Shown here one piece after another: positions 1 to 14,466 of a stretch of DNA of 64,000 nt (position 1 is the stretch's first letter; each line of letters begins with the position of its first letter). Made by a program: the position numbers and the translations under genes. The stretch lies in the NCBI GenBank assembly GCA_044892525.1, contig CM097885.1, positions 37,884,001 through 37,948,000 on the forward strand. Direction: 5' to 3'. The DNA comes from Schmidtea polychroa. Its lineage: Eukaryota. The notes below the pieces were generated by a model. That model ran no database searches and was not told the origin of the DNA. It saw only the letters and a program-made list of their open reading frames with translations.

Positions 1-823
1 ATAGCCCTACCTTCATAAACGCGTTCATATACATTTAGGTTTAATTACCATCTCAAAAGACTCTCTTGAATCTTTTTGAACAAGTGAACTAAAATTAAAT
101 ATTGTTCTTTTATAAAAGGCGAAAACCGTACAAACACCGAAACTTAAATACCGTAGGATGAGTAACAAAGGAGAAGTGAGTTCAGGCTCACTAATCGTTT
201 TTTCTATGTTAGAACAAAGACAGTGATTCATCATATAAGTAAATAAGTAGGTCAAGGTCTTTCAAACACAGTCAATGACGTATGCAACAGAATGAGTCAT
301 TAAGTAAGTCAATATCAAAGAACTTTTTCAAAATATTTTCCAAGTCAGAAAAAAGTCCCTCTGCGCGATAATTTATTTCTAGATTTTTCTTGTGACCTGA
401 CGATTACTGATAATTTTTTCAAAAAAATTTATTTCAGGACTAAAACTCCCACTGCACGATAATTCATTTTTCAAAAAATTTTCTAAGTCATTTTGGCATG
501 AAACATTTTTTTTAAAACCTCTGTCCCTAGTATTTATAACTCGGTTGTCCATTTAACCAACAACATTTTAAATTTCTTCAAATAAAAGATTTCTTAAACA
601 TCTATGCTAACATTTTTGTATATATAGTTTTGTGTGTTCCATTCAATGGTTTCATTTCGATTTCCAAGGGTATTTTATGTCAAAACCTTCAAAAGGGTTT
701 CAAAATTTTGAATTTCTTCAAAATCAAAAGGTTCTCAACCTTTTATGGTCATAATTTTTGGTGCAAATTTTTATTTGTTATTTTAAAAATATTTTAAAAT
801 TTTAAAAACTTAAATTAATAGTT

Positions 824-1955
824 GGATATGTCACCTTGAAAACCGTGCCCCATTTGGACCAATCACCACCCCCCCACACACACACATACTGGAGGATCCT
901 AGACCCACTCAAAATGTTATGAAGGTCACAGAAATCTAAGGTTAGTATATGCAAAAATGAATGGTTGCTATGGAAATGACATCTAAAGTTTCAAAATTAA
1001 TGTAGGTCATTACATCTTTTCTTATATTATAAAGTAAAATCATTTTATCTTATAGGAAAAACTTGTAAAATTAACTAAGGTAAGACAGTGATTAGCATCC
1101 TTAATAAAATAAAAACATAAATAAATTATTACAATTAATGCCAAAATTTGAAATACTTATAAATAAATTTCCCAAATCGCTTTTCCAACTCAAAACATTT
1201 CCCAAAAATTATAAAACCTTCATTTATTTTCGAAAAGTTTGAGTTAATTTCCATAGCAGTCGTGACATACATAAAATTCTGAGTCGACCTATATATTCTC
1301 CAGACGGTGGAGTTGGTCCAAATGGGGCATGGTCTAAGAGGGACATTGTTGTGCCTAATAAAAATGTCAAAAAATACCAAAATAATTATTATTTTTTGAA
1401 ATATGTATAAAAATAAATCAAAAAATAAAAAGTACTACATATCAATTTTATTTATTATTATAATTGGTGTTATGGATGATGAGGTAGTTTCTACTATTCT
1501 TCTGGAATAGATACTACATCTATCAAGCACACGTTTTACGTCTTCTTGCTTAATATTATAATATCTGCGTTGCAATTCTTTATAGATAGCCTTTAAACCC
1601 CTATGCAAAGCTAAATGGACCTCTTCAACGCATAAAATTTTCTTTGGATCATTGTAATCTTCAAAATATTCTAACAAAATATTATTTTCCATTTTAATAA
1701 AAATTCTGTTATTTAACATCTTCATTCTATCTGCTTTTTTTAAAAATAAATTTTGTTGTGATTTTGTATTGAAATCAGGTAAATTTCCGTTAACCATAAA
1801 GTTTACATAAGAGTTGTATTCTGCTTCCGCATTTATTTGAATCATATTATATCTTTAAAATCGATTTATAATTTATATTAAAAAATTATAATTAGTTTGG
1901 TATTTTTATTAGGCAACATTTTTATTAGGCACCACAGTCTAAAAGGGACATATCC
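824..1955. mobile_element. Non-autonomous TIR element (MITE-like, GG...CC ends) interrupted in its right TIR by a second element
   Basis: Left end ggatatgtcaccttgaaaaccgtgccccatttggaccaa (824-) matches the reverse complement of ttggtccaaatggggcatggtctaagagggacat[insertion]...gggacatatcc (to 1955). Superfamily not determined. Confidence 0.6.
1347..1936 (-). mobile_element. Internally deleted Ginger/GIN-type DNA transposon with integrase N-terminal (HHCC zinc-binding) fragment
   Basis: TGT...ACA termini with TIR tgt(t/g)gtgcctaataaaaatgt. ORF 1435-1845 contains H-x3-HRG...YY..I....V...L..C, an integrase zinc-binding-like pattern; no DDE core present. Confidence 0.65.
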
Positions 1956-2069
1956 TAATAATAATTTATTATTTTATATCCAAAAACTTGTGCTATCAGA
2001 CAAAATGAATGTTGGCTATTCTTTTGAACAGGAAAATAATTTCAGTTAAAAAATCAAAATAATATTTAC

Positions 2070-3600
2070 CTGAAGATCTTATAACTTTGATTTGAATATG
2101 ACCAACATTTTCACTTATTTTCAATTTTGATTTCTCAAAATGAAAGTTCCCAGGATAGTCGTCGTCTAGTATCATGACAATGGCTGCTGAAAAAGACCCT
2201 AATTTTATTTGAAGAGCTGTTTCATTTTCTTCTAAAGTTTTAATCGATCTGGGATTGTTTAATTTTACATAAAAATATTCATCTTCCTCATAAATATCAT
2301 CGTCAATGATATCTATTATAATCTCTTGTGTTAATTCGCCCTTTTCAAATCGAATAGTTCCAATTTTACCCACATAATCACTTCCACTTTTTGCCGTTCC
2401 GTCTTCCGAGTAGTAGTCAACATCTATGGCAGTGGTCAAAGTACCTTCACCAACTCTTTTCAAAGTCAAAATTACTTTTTTATTATTTTCAAACACGGTG
2501 TAATGATCAGGAAAAAATGTAACTTCTTGAACCTTTGTATTATCAATGTATTTTATTTCTGTTTCGTTAAACATAGATATACTCCTCAATTTCCTTATTG
2601 GATCTAAAGTACCCGTCAAGTATTGCATAGCTTTAAGCCTATAATACGCCCTAGTTTTTGGTCTTCTTTTAAATAATTCAATCTCAGCCATTAATTCCAA
2701 ATCTTCTAGATTTAGATTGGAATTAATTTTCCGTAAATCCTTGATCAAGTGTACATATTCTATTCTGTACTGATCTATTTTTAAACTTTCCGACGAGCTT
2801 TCGCTTCCATTAGCAAGTAACTCGGTTTGGTTATTTAGGTTATTGTCGGTCTGTTCTGGAGGAGTGTCTTCTAAGTTTAACATATTTTTGGTGTCATTGG
2901 TTTTTGTAAAACCTCCTAAAACTTTGGTCCCAAAAAATTGTTTAAAAAATATTTTAGTATCTGCTAAATAAGCGCTAATAACTGTTAAAGGGAAAAATAG
3001 AAAAGTTAACACAGCCTCCCAAACTTCTACAACTCCAGGGGAAATAAATGCCAAGATCAAATATAGCCAAATATAAGCAAACAACGACCATATTGTTGTC
3101 ACAATAAAAACACTTAAATGTTTAGTTTTCCGGGTTTCATTATCTGGTATCACCATAACGCAAACACCAATAATTACAAAAAGATTGAATGCGGCTGATC
3201 CAACAATAGTTCCTGGACCCAATTCCCCAGCTTCAAAATTTTTGCCAATAATTTCAATGACTGATAGTAAAATCTCTGGAGCAGATGACCCAAGTGCCAT
3301 CAGGGTCAAATTTGAAACTGTTTCGTTCCATATTTTTACATAAACCACATTTGTTTCCCCATTTTTCTTTTTGATTTTATACTTCCTTTCCTGTGAAGTT
3401 ATTATTTCTATTGCAGCCATAAATCTGTCCGCTATTATAGATACTCCAAGGAACAGGTAACACATGATTATGAAATAAACTATGGCTCTTATTATTTTAT
3501 CGGCATGACCAATTCCTATTACCGGTTGCCATACGGAAAGCAGAATTCCGTCAACACATTTGGTATTATTCAAGGCTTTGCAATATAATGCATTCGTCAT
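2070..3600 (-). CDS. NCX: Sodium/calcium exchanger (NCX/SLC8 family), large coding exon
   Basis: Alpha-1 repeat [22 protein letters not shown]...[12 protein letters not shown] segments, Calx-beta domain ([10 protein letters not shown]...[13 protein letters not shown]). Splice donor tcag|gtaaat after 2070, so ORF tail 1996-2069 is intronic. An acceptor (ttttag) lies just before the ATG, so an upstream exon may exist. Confidence 0.95.
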
Positions 3601-5496
3601 TCTAAAATATTAATTAGGTTTAAATTAAAAATTAACTTAATTTAATTAATTTTTATTAATAATAAATTAAAAATATCATATATTAATTAACGTTTTATGT
3701 TTCTCTTCCACCCTATTCAACAATAAGAACATATTGCAGACTTTAAAAATAAATTATTTTTTATATTATCCTCATTAAAACATTTATCTTTTTGTTCACT
3801 TTTGATTTGTTTTTCTTCCTTTAGAATTTCATTCATCTTTTATGAGGATGATTTAAATAGAAAACGATTTAATTCTCTTTTAAAAAATATGTTAAAATGT
3901 TAATCGAATGTGTAGGGACATACAACTAATTCGAATAAAGATTTTATTCAAATGAACATTGCAATAAATAATAGATATATCTACTCCAAAAGTCAATATA
4001 CCAACGAAAGCACGGACACTTGATCTGGAGATTCTATGGAGATTGTTAAAGATCTTGATCATCATCAGAAAGATCATAGCTAATAAAAGGAAGGTTTCAG
4101 TTTATTGAATGTCTGGCATATTTGCTTTATTGGTTTTGACGAGACTTAATGATTGGGAAGTTGAATGTTTCATTGTTTTTTTATATTGAATTTGATTTTT
4201 GAAAAAAAGTGAGGACTATTTAAACAATGATTTTTAATTTGATTTTAATTTAATAAATTTAATAATATATTTTAAGTTCAATTATTAAATTGATAAAAGT
4301 TAGAGTCAGAGGCTGATATGATAATAATAAATTTAAAAAATAACATATAAATAATTTTATATTTAAATTATGGATTGTGAAAAGAATGTTTGACATTTTA
4401 AAAGATAAACTATTTTATTAAATGCCTGTACATGAATATTTCTTATTCATGCTTGCTAAAATATCCTTAAAATTATTAAAATATATTGTTAAAATAATTA
4501 AAATAACAAATATGTAAATTTTACAATATATTATTTGTTTGTGTTATGTTTTGTTTGAGTTATAAATAAATTAATGGATGTTCTTAATTTATGAACTCAA
4601 TCAAATAATATCTTCGGTAGATTTCGACTATAGATCAATATTTTACTATTTAACACTGATAAATAGTCTATATCTAAATGAAGATTAATATTATTTTATA
4701 TTATCGTTTAGTTTTTATTTGTTATCGAAAGTATTTATGTGTATTTTTATTAGGAAAATTTATTTGAATAAATAACACAAGGGGGACAAATAAAGAATTT
4801 GCTCCATAACATTAATAAAGCATAATTATACAGTATTTGCCGAATTAATTGTTATGTTTTATGTATTTATTTACTAAATCTTATCAGCCCCTCTAAAATA
4901 TCAAAAATATTAAAGGTATTACCATTTTCTACATTGTCAAATATAATAATACTAATAACATTTAATGTATTGCGTCTTTGTAATTAGGAGTCAAACTATA
5001 ATGAATATCAAATAATTACATAAATATATGTATATTTGTCTATTGCATTGCTTATAACTTAATTATTTTAGGATACTCCTTTATCAAAGTGATTCATTAA
5101 TTTTGAAAAATTCAATAACATCATAACACAAGCGCGTTCTCAAATAAAAAGATTTTATTAAAATTTGAATCAAATTCCTTAAAAAACCAGAAAATATATT
5201 TTGATTCACCCAAAATAGGTGTTAGTACTTATGGCATCCTCGACCTCTTTTTGATAAAAGTTTTCATTTAAAATGGAATTTAAAAAAACTTTATTGGGTC
5301 CGCATCAAAAAATAATATTTCATTGAATTCTTTATAATTTTATTAATTAAAATTAATTTTATGACAAAAAATTTCCTTGTTGGACAGATAAAGAAATACA
5401 ATGCTTTTTGTTGATTATGTAAATATTTATTAAGGGCAAGTTTTTCGTTTCTTTTATCAAGCTAATTTATTACATAAATTATTTAATGGTAGAGAT

Positions 5497-5574
<78 letters not shown>
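5497..5574. repeat. (CA)n(TA)n microsatellite
   Basis: Direct reading. Confidence 0.95.
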
Positions 5575-5578
<4 letters not shown>

Positions 5579-6605
5579 AAAGATTGGAATTCATTATTTA
5601 ATTTCAACGTTAAATATAAAAATAATTAAATTAAATTAATCTTTGATTATTTTAATTTCTATAAAAGTAATTGTGAGAACAATTTAACAATAAATAAATC
5701 TTGAATATAAAGTATTTATTAAAAAATATTTATTAAAAAGCTTGACTATGAATCAGTAAATATATCGATGTTTTTGATATTCACGAATTTTCGGCACAGA
5801 TTATATATTAAAAACTATATGTGTGAATGATCGCAAATAGATTAGATCGTCCTTTGCTGACAATTTTTCTATGAATTCGAAGATAAAGAATTTAACAATT
5901 TATTCGTATTATGAAATTTATGAGTTTAAGACGAATTTGTGTTTCCGAGTAAGAATTATCCCAAAAATCCTAATTTTTCTAATTTGTTGAAATATGAATA
6001 GTGATGAAGAACCTCTTTCCATCATTAGATAACCTTAAACTTTTTTGTGTTGTAAAACAAATAAAGGATTATCTGTTGAACAACATAAGCCGCCAAAATA
6101 TACGAATGACAACAGAAATTGTGACTAAGTGTTAGGATTTAAGTGACATCTATAAGTTATCAAGGCAGGTTAATGGCGAGTGCTAGAATAGTTTTATCGT
6201 AAAAAAATTCAACCTAACTCATTTGTAATTGAACTTTAAAATGAATATTAAAACTTATTTAGGGATTTTATATGCATTTACAATTCTCAAAAATTATTAT
6301 CAAAAACTCGGGCTACCAAAATCTTCAGAGGTTTAACTAAATTCGCCGCGTTGTGCTTTAAATAAATGTTGTAACATTAACTATTAGTAAAGACTTATGC
6401 CCCGAATAACAATTAATGCATTTGAAATATATTATTTATTTGGTATTGTAATTTGAATTTGAAAGTATAGGTTGTTTTTAAAATATTAAAAATTTTACCT
6501 TTTTGTTTTAAAATTATTAAATTTTAATATGTATTTTTGATTTTTAGCCATTTTATTTATAAAATGAATTGAAAGAGGAAATTCTAAAATAAATATAGAA
6601 AAATT

Positions 6606-7063
6606 GGTTGATATTCAATTTTGGGGGTGTAATTTTTATTTAAATTAAATTAAAATCATTTTATTGCAGTAGTTCTGTTTATTTTTAACTCTATTGCTAC
6701 TTTTGTAACACCAACATTTGTCGCAAAAAAAATAAACCAATAGAATTCCTTTAGAAACTGTTAGGTTTGTTTCTGCATATATTGTCTTTGCACATTTTAA
6801 AAACTTTTTACGCCATTATCTTTGTACAACGAATAGTTGCATTTAGGACAGGTAGTTAATGGGTTACCAACCAATTTTAATTCAGTTGCATAAATAAATG
6901 CATTTTCTTCATATGACATTGTCTTCATATTTTCATATAGCGACGACATTTTATTTTTTTTGTGGTTTAATTAAATAATTATAGGAACTTATTATTAAAA
7001 AATCAATATTTATTAATTAATTTAATTTAATTAAAAATTACATCCCCAAACTGAACATCAACC
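6606..7063. mobile_element. MITE-like element with ~45-bp imperfect TIRs
   Basis: ggttgatattcaattttgggggtgtaatttttatttaaattaaattaa at left vs ttaatttaatttaattaaaaattacatccccaaactgaacatcaacc at right. No clear TSD. Confidence 0.6.
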
Positions 7064-8059
7064 GAAAATTAATTGTCGTTTAATCCTTTCTGAAGATTCT
7101 GTAATAGCTTATTGAAATGAGATGAAGTTTATGAGAAAAATTTATCTTCAATAATCTGCTTTACTTCTATATTTAAAATATTAATAATTATACGTGATAT
7201 AAGGAGAAAAATGTTAATAGTTTTCGATACTGGCGTATACGTTAGTGGAATGCATCAGAAATATGTGAGTAATTAAACTCAATCTCACTACACTAGGATA
7301 TATTTACACGCGAGTGTGACTCACAATTTATCTGCTTATAACATATTTGTGTTGAAAATGAAAATTAGTAGATGCTTGAAACAAAAAATGATCAGATAAC
7401 ATTTATCAATATGACTTTCATCAGATTTAAATGATTCTGGACAATTGATTTGACAATTATTGCATAACACATATTGTAACTATAATTTTTTTAATTTAAT
7501 GAACATAATCTTTTATTTATGTTCGTATTTATTATGGTGATAGATCATATTGAGAAAAAATATGTGAATAACATCTTTATTTATCTTGTTTTAATTATCA
7601 TTTTTAATTTATTGTAAAAACATTTAAATTATTAGAATGGCTTATTTTTATAAATCGCAACCCCCGTTAACTAATAATTGCTCAGTTACAAATTTATTGG
7701 GATTGCCGGATATTAAGAGGACAAATTGATGACTTTTATATCTTATTTAATTTAATTAATTTAGAAAAAGAAAATTATTATACTTAAAAGGCGTCAAAAA
7801 TATGTGTTTATGTATTTCTCTGTAAAACTGTCAATGTTATCATCAACTTGTGGGGAAATGGAATGTGATAAAGCATTTGAAATATCTTCAAATTGTTTAT
7901 TTTATAATTTAAAATATTGATAATATGATTTTACCCACAATTTTTGTCCTTTGTGTTTATTTTCTATTATTTGTTTGTAGTGTGTAGCACATGTTTGTTT
8001 GTATATTATACATGTATATACCTGTTCGATTTGTGTACTGCTGTAAGTGTTGGAATTTG

Positions 8060-8598
8060 TCCTGTCGACCAGATACTTTGTTAACCATGATCCGGGAAGA
8101 AGAAACGCCAAGACTGGATTTCGCCCGCTATCCTTGTCACACCCAGGCAGTAGAGAGACATATCAAGCTAGTGACAGAAGCATCCGAAATGGTGTGTGAT
8201 CCAGAAAAACGCGACGGATTCATTAGAGCACGGTTGGAATCGAGATCGAAAATGCCAAAACTGGACACCAAAGCCCAACATCATTTGTAGTTATAAAAAC
8301 ATGTTAGACAGTTTGCATGTGGTTTCCCTTCACAGATATGGTTCTTATTACTTGTAATGTTATGTACAGACTGTTAAAAAGTTAAACCATAACATAAATA
8401 TGTTACTTATAAAAAATGTTTTTTTTAAAGATTATTGCTTTTTTATCGAAATATGCCTATACTTTAGGTCAATTGTGGAACCTCAAGATATGCTTTAAAT
8501 TGTCTAATTGTTTGCCACATTACTAATTGCATGTGTTACCAAGTTTTTATAGCTATCCAAACAAGATATTAAGAAAAAAAAATTTTCACTCCACCCTA
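8060..8598 (+). mobile_element. 3' remnant of a hAT-related (hATm-like) transposon: transposase C-terminus plus terminus
   Basis: PCHTQAVERHIKLVTEAS motif in ORF 7991-8290; right end ...ccacccta (reverse complement TAGGGTGG) abutting a (TA)n tract. Confidence 0.6.
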
Positions 8599-8732
<134 letters not shown>

Positions 8733-8753
8733 TAACTATATCTTATGTTAGAC

Positions 8754-9226
8754 CAGGGGTGGGGAACATTTTTATTTCCATATGCCACATTGATATTTGT
8801 CGCCTCCAAATGGGGCCGCAGTCAAAAAGTATTTTAACATTAATTAATTTCATTTTAAATCTTTTGTTTATATACAGTTAGTAATTAAAACAATGTTTAT
8901 AATCAGTCTCCAGAATTGAAAAATGCAGCTGCACGAAATATTCTGGAAAATGTTTATTATTTCTGAATCGAAAAATTGATGCAAATAAGTCATCATTTCA
9001 CAAATGAGTACTCAATAATCTTACATACGTTTTGTAATTATAGGTGTGAATGATTGACTTTTATATTTCGTTCTTTGTACTCGGTATATAAACAGTTCAG
9101 TAGTTACAAGTATTTTTATTTGTAAATCCTCAAAATTCATGGTTTTTTATATAAATTAAGATTTATTTCGATAAGGCTCCGGAGACCACACATGAAGCTC
9201 CGGGAGGCCGCAGGTCCCCCACCCTT
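8754..9226. mobile_element. hAT-family MITE
   Basis: TIR caggggtggggaac / gtcccccaccctt; 8-bp TSD TGTTAGAC at 8746-8753 and 9227-9234. Confidence 0.85.
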
Positions 9227-10293
9227 TGTTAGACCTTAATTTGTGATTAAATGTACCGTTATTTGGTCGTTTTTGGTGTTATACAATGAAAGATGGAATG
9301 ATTGTGCAATTTTAACACTGTAATAGCCATATGGAATTTTTCACTAAATGTAAATGAATGGATTGACAACAGTGTAATAAAATACGTAAATATAACATTA
9401 TGAGCCGGTCATAAAAACACCGGATTATTTGACTGTTTTGTTTAAAGTTAGATAGAAATTATGGAGAATGTATGTAAGACAGAAGCTTACGAATTTTAAT
9501 ATTGATATGAAATCTGGCATCGTAGCATAATAATATATAATTTAATATTAAAATTACAGTAATATGTTGTTAAGCAACAAAAACGAAAACTGCTCCTCAT
9601 AATTGATGTAAAAGCAAGATAAATTTGATTGGATACTGTGAGATTAAAATATTAAAAATTAAAAGTCAAAATTAAAAAATATTAAAAAATTGCAAATAAT
9701 TAAAAAAAGAATTGGTTATTTAAAATTCAATTGTAAAAATAAAATGGAAAATGCGGAAGAGCCTACTAAATATCAAACAATTTCAAAAGAATAGATTTCA
9801 TGAAAATTTTATTTTAAAATAATTTTGTATTTATTTTTGTATTCACAGCTGCTTGAAAATATTTAAAAATCGAATCTCTACATATTTGTTTTAATGCAGC
9901 AATTTAAACGACATATAATTTATTTTAAAGGAATAAATATAAAATGTTGAATAATCAAACGATATAAACAAATTCAAATTGAAATTATTTTACTTGTTTA
10001 TTTTTACATTTCAGTTTTGCTACAAAAATATGCCAATTTAAATTGATTGATTTGTGACATCTTTGATGAAGCCTTTTAATTTTGGCTAATTTACATTTAC
10101 AGTGATTTGAAGGAAAACGGTTTTCCAGCACCGAAAATTATAAATAAATCGTAATGATGCACGTATATATGAAATGTCATTATCACTGCAACATTTTTAT
10201 TTTGTTTATGTGAGATGTTTAAAAAGACTCTAAATATTTCTATAAATTAAATGTAATAAAAGAAGTATTTTGTAAAGGAAACACTTCTTTTAA

Positions 10294-10525
10294 CCCTTTC
10301 GCCCCTATTGGGACAATACGTCCCAGAAACTTTCATCATGATCCTACTGGGATATTTTGAATGGTTCATAAAAGTCTATTGGGACTTATTATCCCAGGAC
10401 TTTCTAGGATATTCAGAAGCGCCACGATTACAAAAATGAGAATATTTCATATTTAGGTCAATATTAACAAGTTCCAATATATAAATTTAGCATAGTGTCA
10501 TTAGCGGAAAGTCGGTGCGAAAGGG
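10294..10525. mobile_element. piggyBac-family MITE
   Basis: TTAA on both sides; TIR ccctttcgc(c/a)cc / ggtgcgaaaggg. Confidence 0.85.
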
Positions 10526-11242
10526 TTAAAGTAAAATTAATTATCAAGTAAATATTTTTAAAAAGTTAAAATCAAATTTAAAATTACAATTAAAAGTTTA
10601 ATATTGTGTAATAAAAATATATTTTTATTGAAAGCTTGAATTTACTTGTAATTTAATGATCGATGCAATTACCACATGCAGTTCGGGAAAAGAAGATACT
10701 AACAGTTTATAAGCTTATAAATTATTTATAAATAAATCATCAATTAGAAATTCATATCATGGGATTAGCGTTTATTTCCAAACAAAAACGATATAAAAAT
10801 GGAACAAATATTTTTTACCACAAAAGAGTTAATACAGTGGCTTAAAGTTTAGAAAGAACCCCAAGCTGAGATGCAGATGTAATAAGCATGTAGCAGCCAG
10901 TAAAATAAAAATATAAAAATATTAGCGGTTGTTCAGTGACGTTGGTCTCAACTAATTGTAAAAAATTTGAAAAAATTTTGAGGATATTTTTTTTTTTAAT
11001 CAGAGAAAATTAGTAAGTCATAAATTTTTATAAGGATATTTTTAGGATCCGAAGTAACAGTTAGTCGTACTATCATTATAAAAGATGAATTAAAATCTAA
11101 AAATATAAATTGTTCAAGTGGAATAATTTAATATTAAAATATTAATCAAGTTGAGTTGGGACAATTACAGCACTTAATTTTAATCGATTAAATGTGCAAA
11201 ATAACTAGTTTAACATTATTTATATATTTATAGTAATTTAAT

Positions 11243-13110
11243 TGTAGCCGACGAGTTTATCGAAAGCGAGTTTATCGAAAACGAGTTTATCGAAAACGAG
11301 TTTATCGAAAAATATTATTTTTAAGGAATTAAAAACTTTTAAATTTTTTCTTTATATGCAGAAACTTAAAATGTGTTTAATTTTTTATTCATATTTTATT
11401 ACATACAAAATTATATTAAAGTAAATAAGTATGTACATTTACACACAAAATGTCAAATCCAACAGTTTTTATTTATTATTGCAGTTTCCTTTTTGGTGAA
11501 ATTTCGAGTTACAAAGCCTTTATTCTTTACGGTACTTGCATTTGGCCCCAGTCTTTGATGACATTCTTGCACATTCTTTTAGTAAAATCTGGGACCGATG
11601 AATTTCTTGGTTCCTCGCATAAAGTTGATTTAGAATTCCATGTTTTGTGCCTAATTTATTAAGATTAGCATCTGTTATTTCAAGCACAAATGCCATAATA
11701 TTTCTTCCATCGGTGCGGCCTCTGCCGACATCTGGGACTCGAACTCTTCTTAGTGACAGGGTATTTTGAATTGGAGATTCCAATCATTTTTTCAGCTTGT
11801 TGTTTAGATTGCTTGTTGAAATCTCCTTAATTTTTAATATCTCAGATTTTCTTGTTTTCAAATCGGAATCCTCTAAGAAATCATCATAACTTTCATTCGC
11901 ACATTTTTCGTGACCAGAGACTTGTATATCAGATGTCTCAAAGACATTTATTTCTCTTTCGTTGTTATGGAAATCAGAACTTGGTTTAGATAGCGAAATT
12001 GAATACTGAACATAACTATCAAATGAAGACACTTCCTCCTTGTTATGTTGACTTGTTCATTTTGTAGTGTACCTTTCTCTACCGATTGTAAATTGTTTTG
12101 ATCTTTTAATATTACTTCTAAGTCGTCTTCACAATTTATATTAGGCATAACGTCTGTTGGTAGAAAATCTTTAAAACCAACTTTTAACTTTGTTCCCAAC
12201 ATGACCTTATACGGAGTATAGTTTATGCCACTATGATGAGCTCTGTTTTTCATAATATGAAAAAAGCGTAAGCCTTCTGACCATTTTCTGCTGTTATTGT
12301 CTTCGAGCCACGAACAAAGCATATTTTCCACATCTTAATTAGCACGTTATACGGAGCCTTGACCTTGAGAGTGTCTAGGCTTCCAATGTACCATCTTTAA
12401 CTCATGATACATGTTACATAGTTTTTTAACAGTATTGTTAGCAAATTCTCGGTCGTTATCACTTTGCAAAATAGTTGGCGCACCAAAAATAGTAAAATTA
12501 TCCAAAATTACACAAGCTACTTCTTTTCCACTTTGCATTTAAGAGGTCTAAGTTGAATAAATTTAGTAAAATGGTCTTGGTATACAAGTATGAATTTATA
12601 TTGATCATCAGATTGTGACTGCATGTCGATTAAATCGACTTGACATCTTGAATTCATGCTTTACTTAGTATCCGTCTTACAACTAATCCTTTTTTGGTAC
12701 ACTGTGCTTTTTTTCGCACGGCATACATAAATTAAGATAGGTTACTATCATTTCTCTTGTGATGTTTTTATACTTTGAATTTATCTCTTTTTCCATATGG
12801 GTTCGACCACCATGCCCAATTTTATATGTGCATCATGTAAAATTTAAAACATCTCTTCCCGGTGTACATAAAATCTAATCTGCTCTTTACCTTACTCTAA
12901 AAGAATAATCAACTTTTCCTTCTCACCAACAGTTATCATGTCAAACTTGCGTAAACGCTGATAATCTTCAGGTTTTTTCCTACTACTTTGCTTTTAGATA
13001 TTTTAACCTTTTCTTTTTACTCCAAGTATTGTAGTTTTGTGAGAATTTGTGTATTCTGACCTTTGGATAAACACGATTCATTCAGCCGTTCGTCAAAACG
13101 ATGCTTCATA
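11243..13110 (-). pseudogene. Decayed Ginger2/KRBA2-SCAND3-like integrase transposon
   Basis: Frameshifted minus-strand pieces GHGGRTHM, RCQVDLIDMQSQ...YQDHFTKF, FGAPTILQSDNDREF, KPRHSQGQGSV, WSEGLRF...KNRAHHSGI. One terminus TGTAGCCG followed by four 15-bp repeats cgagtttatcgaaaa (11252-11310); other terminus not seen. Confidence 0.85.
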
Positions 13111-14466
13111 TCACTTACATCCGTTAATATCGGTTAATTAATATTGTATTAATATTAATATTGGTATTGACCTATTAAAATTATCCTAGTTTGTCGAAAA
13201 TTTCTCAAATTGCCCATTCAACTTCCAGTATTATTCATAATGACCAGAAAAATCAAATTGATCGTAACATATATATTAAAATAACATATTTTTTGCATTT
13301 AATGATCTAAAAATCACATTAAATTTTCTTCATAAACAATATCAAATACTTTAATTTAACTAAAATTAAATCAGATGTTGATTATTAATTTCAACATTAA
13401 TGATAATCCAATAATTATCATATTAATGTTTTTAAGACTATAGAATCTATAGTATAGATCAAAACAATATATAAGGTACACGTGTACTTTATTGTTTTGA
13501 TCAGTAGTCTTACAAACATTAATATGAAAATTATTGAATTAAAAAAAGAACAAAAGTGAAACCAAAAGATAAATATGATTAATGAAAATAAAAATGTAGA
13601 AAAATATTATAAAACTTTTTATTTATCTAAATTAACTATTAAATTGACAATAGGAAGAGATTAACTAATTAAAGAATTTTAGATAAATAATTCAGCAAAT
13701 AAATTTATAAATTTAAAAATATTATTTATTTTTAAACATTTTATTAATTTGAAAATTATTTTGAAAAATTATGCAAATAAAACACAATCTAACCTGAATG
13801 AAAATAATAAAAAAATAATTATAACTCAATGGAACTTTAGTTTAGACTTTGATGCATTAATTTGTTAAAATAAATGGACTTATGAAAGTGATTATTACTG
13901 AATATAGATGAGAATTGAGATAAAATATATAATTCATGTGTGATAAATTAATTTTGAATTAAATTATAACAAAATTTTATAGGAATTTAATAGTAATATT
14001 ATTAATAATTAATGACTAATGTGGTTCTTTCTGTAAGTTTTTCATTATGCAATTCAAAATTTACATGCCATGACTAAATTAGCATTTCAAGTTATAAAGC
14101 CCTTTGGGTCAGAATCAATATCTTTCCGACCTTGATCCCCCATGAGAACATTCTAGATATTTTTTCCAAAAAAAACCCTCGTTTGGGAAAAGTAGTTTAC
14201 TCAAATAGGCACCAAACTTTATGTGAGTGATTATATTTCTGTGACATTTAATTTTTTAAGTTTTACAAAATTTTCTTGACCTTTAAAAATATTTTAAATT
14301 GTTAAAGTCAAGTTTTAAATTCCTATTTTGAAGGAAATTTACATAAAAATTTTGTAATGAAATAAAACAGTTCATATTATATAAAACAGTGATTCGCCCA
14401 ATCTGTATGCCGCGATAACTTTGCAATTATGTGACGGAAAAATTCTAATAAGTTTAATTAATAATA

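Noticed and set aside
3892..4173. Possible signal-peptide exon of NCX
   Set aside because: Hydrophobic short ORF upstream, but no convincing in-phase donor identified.
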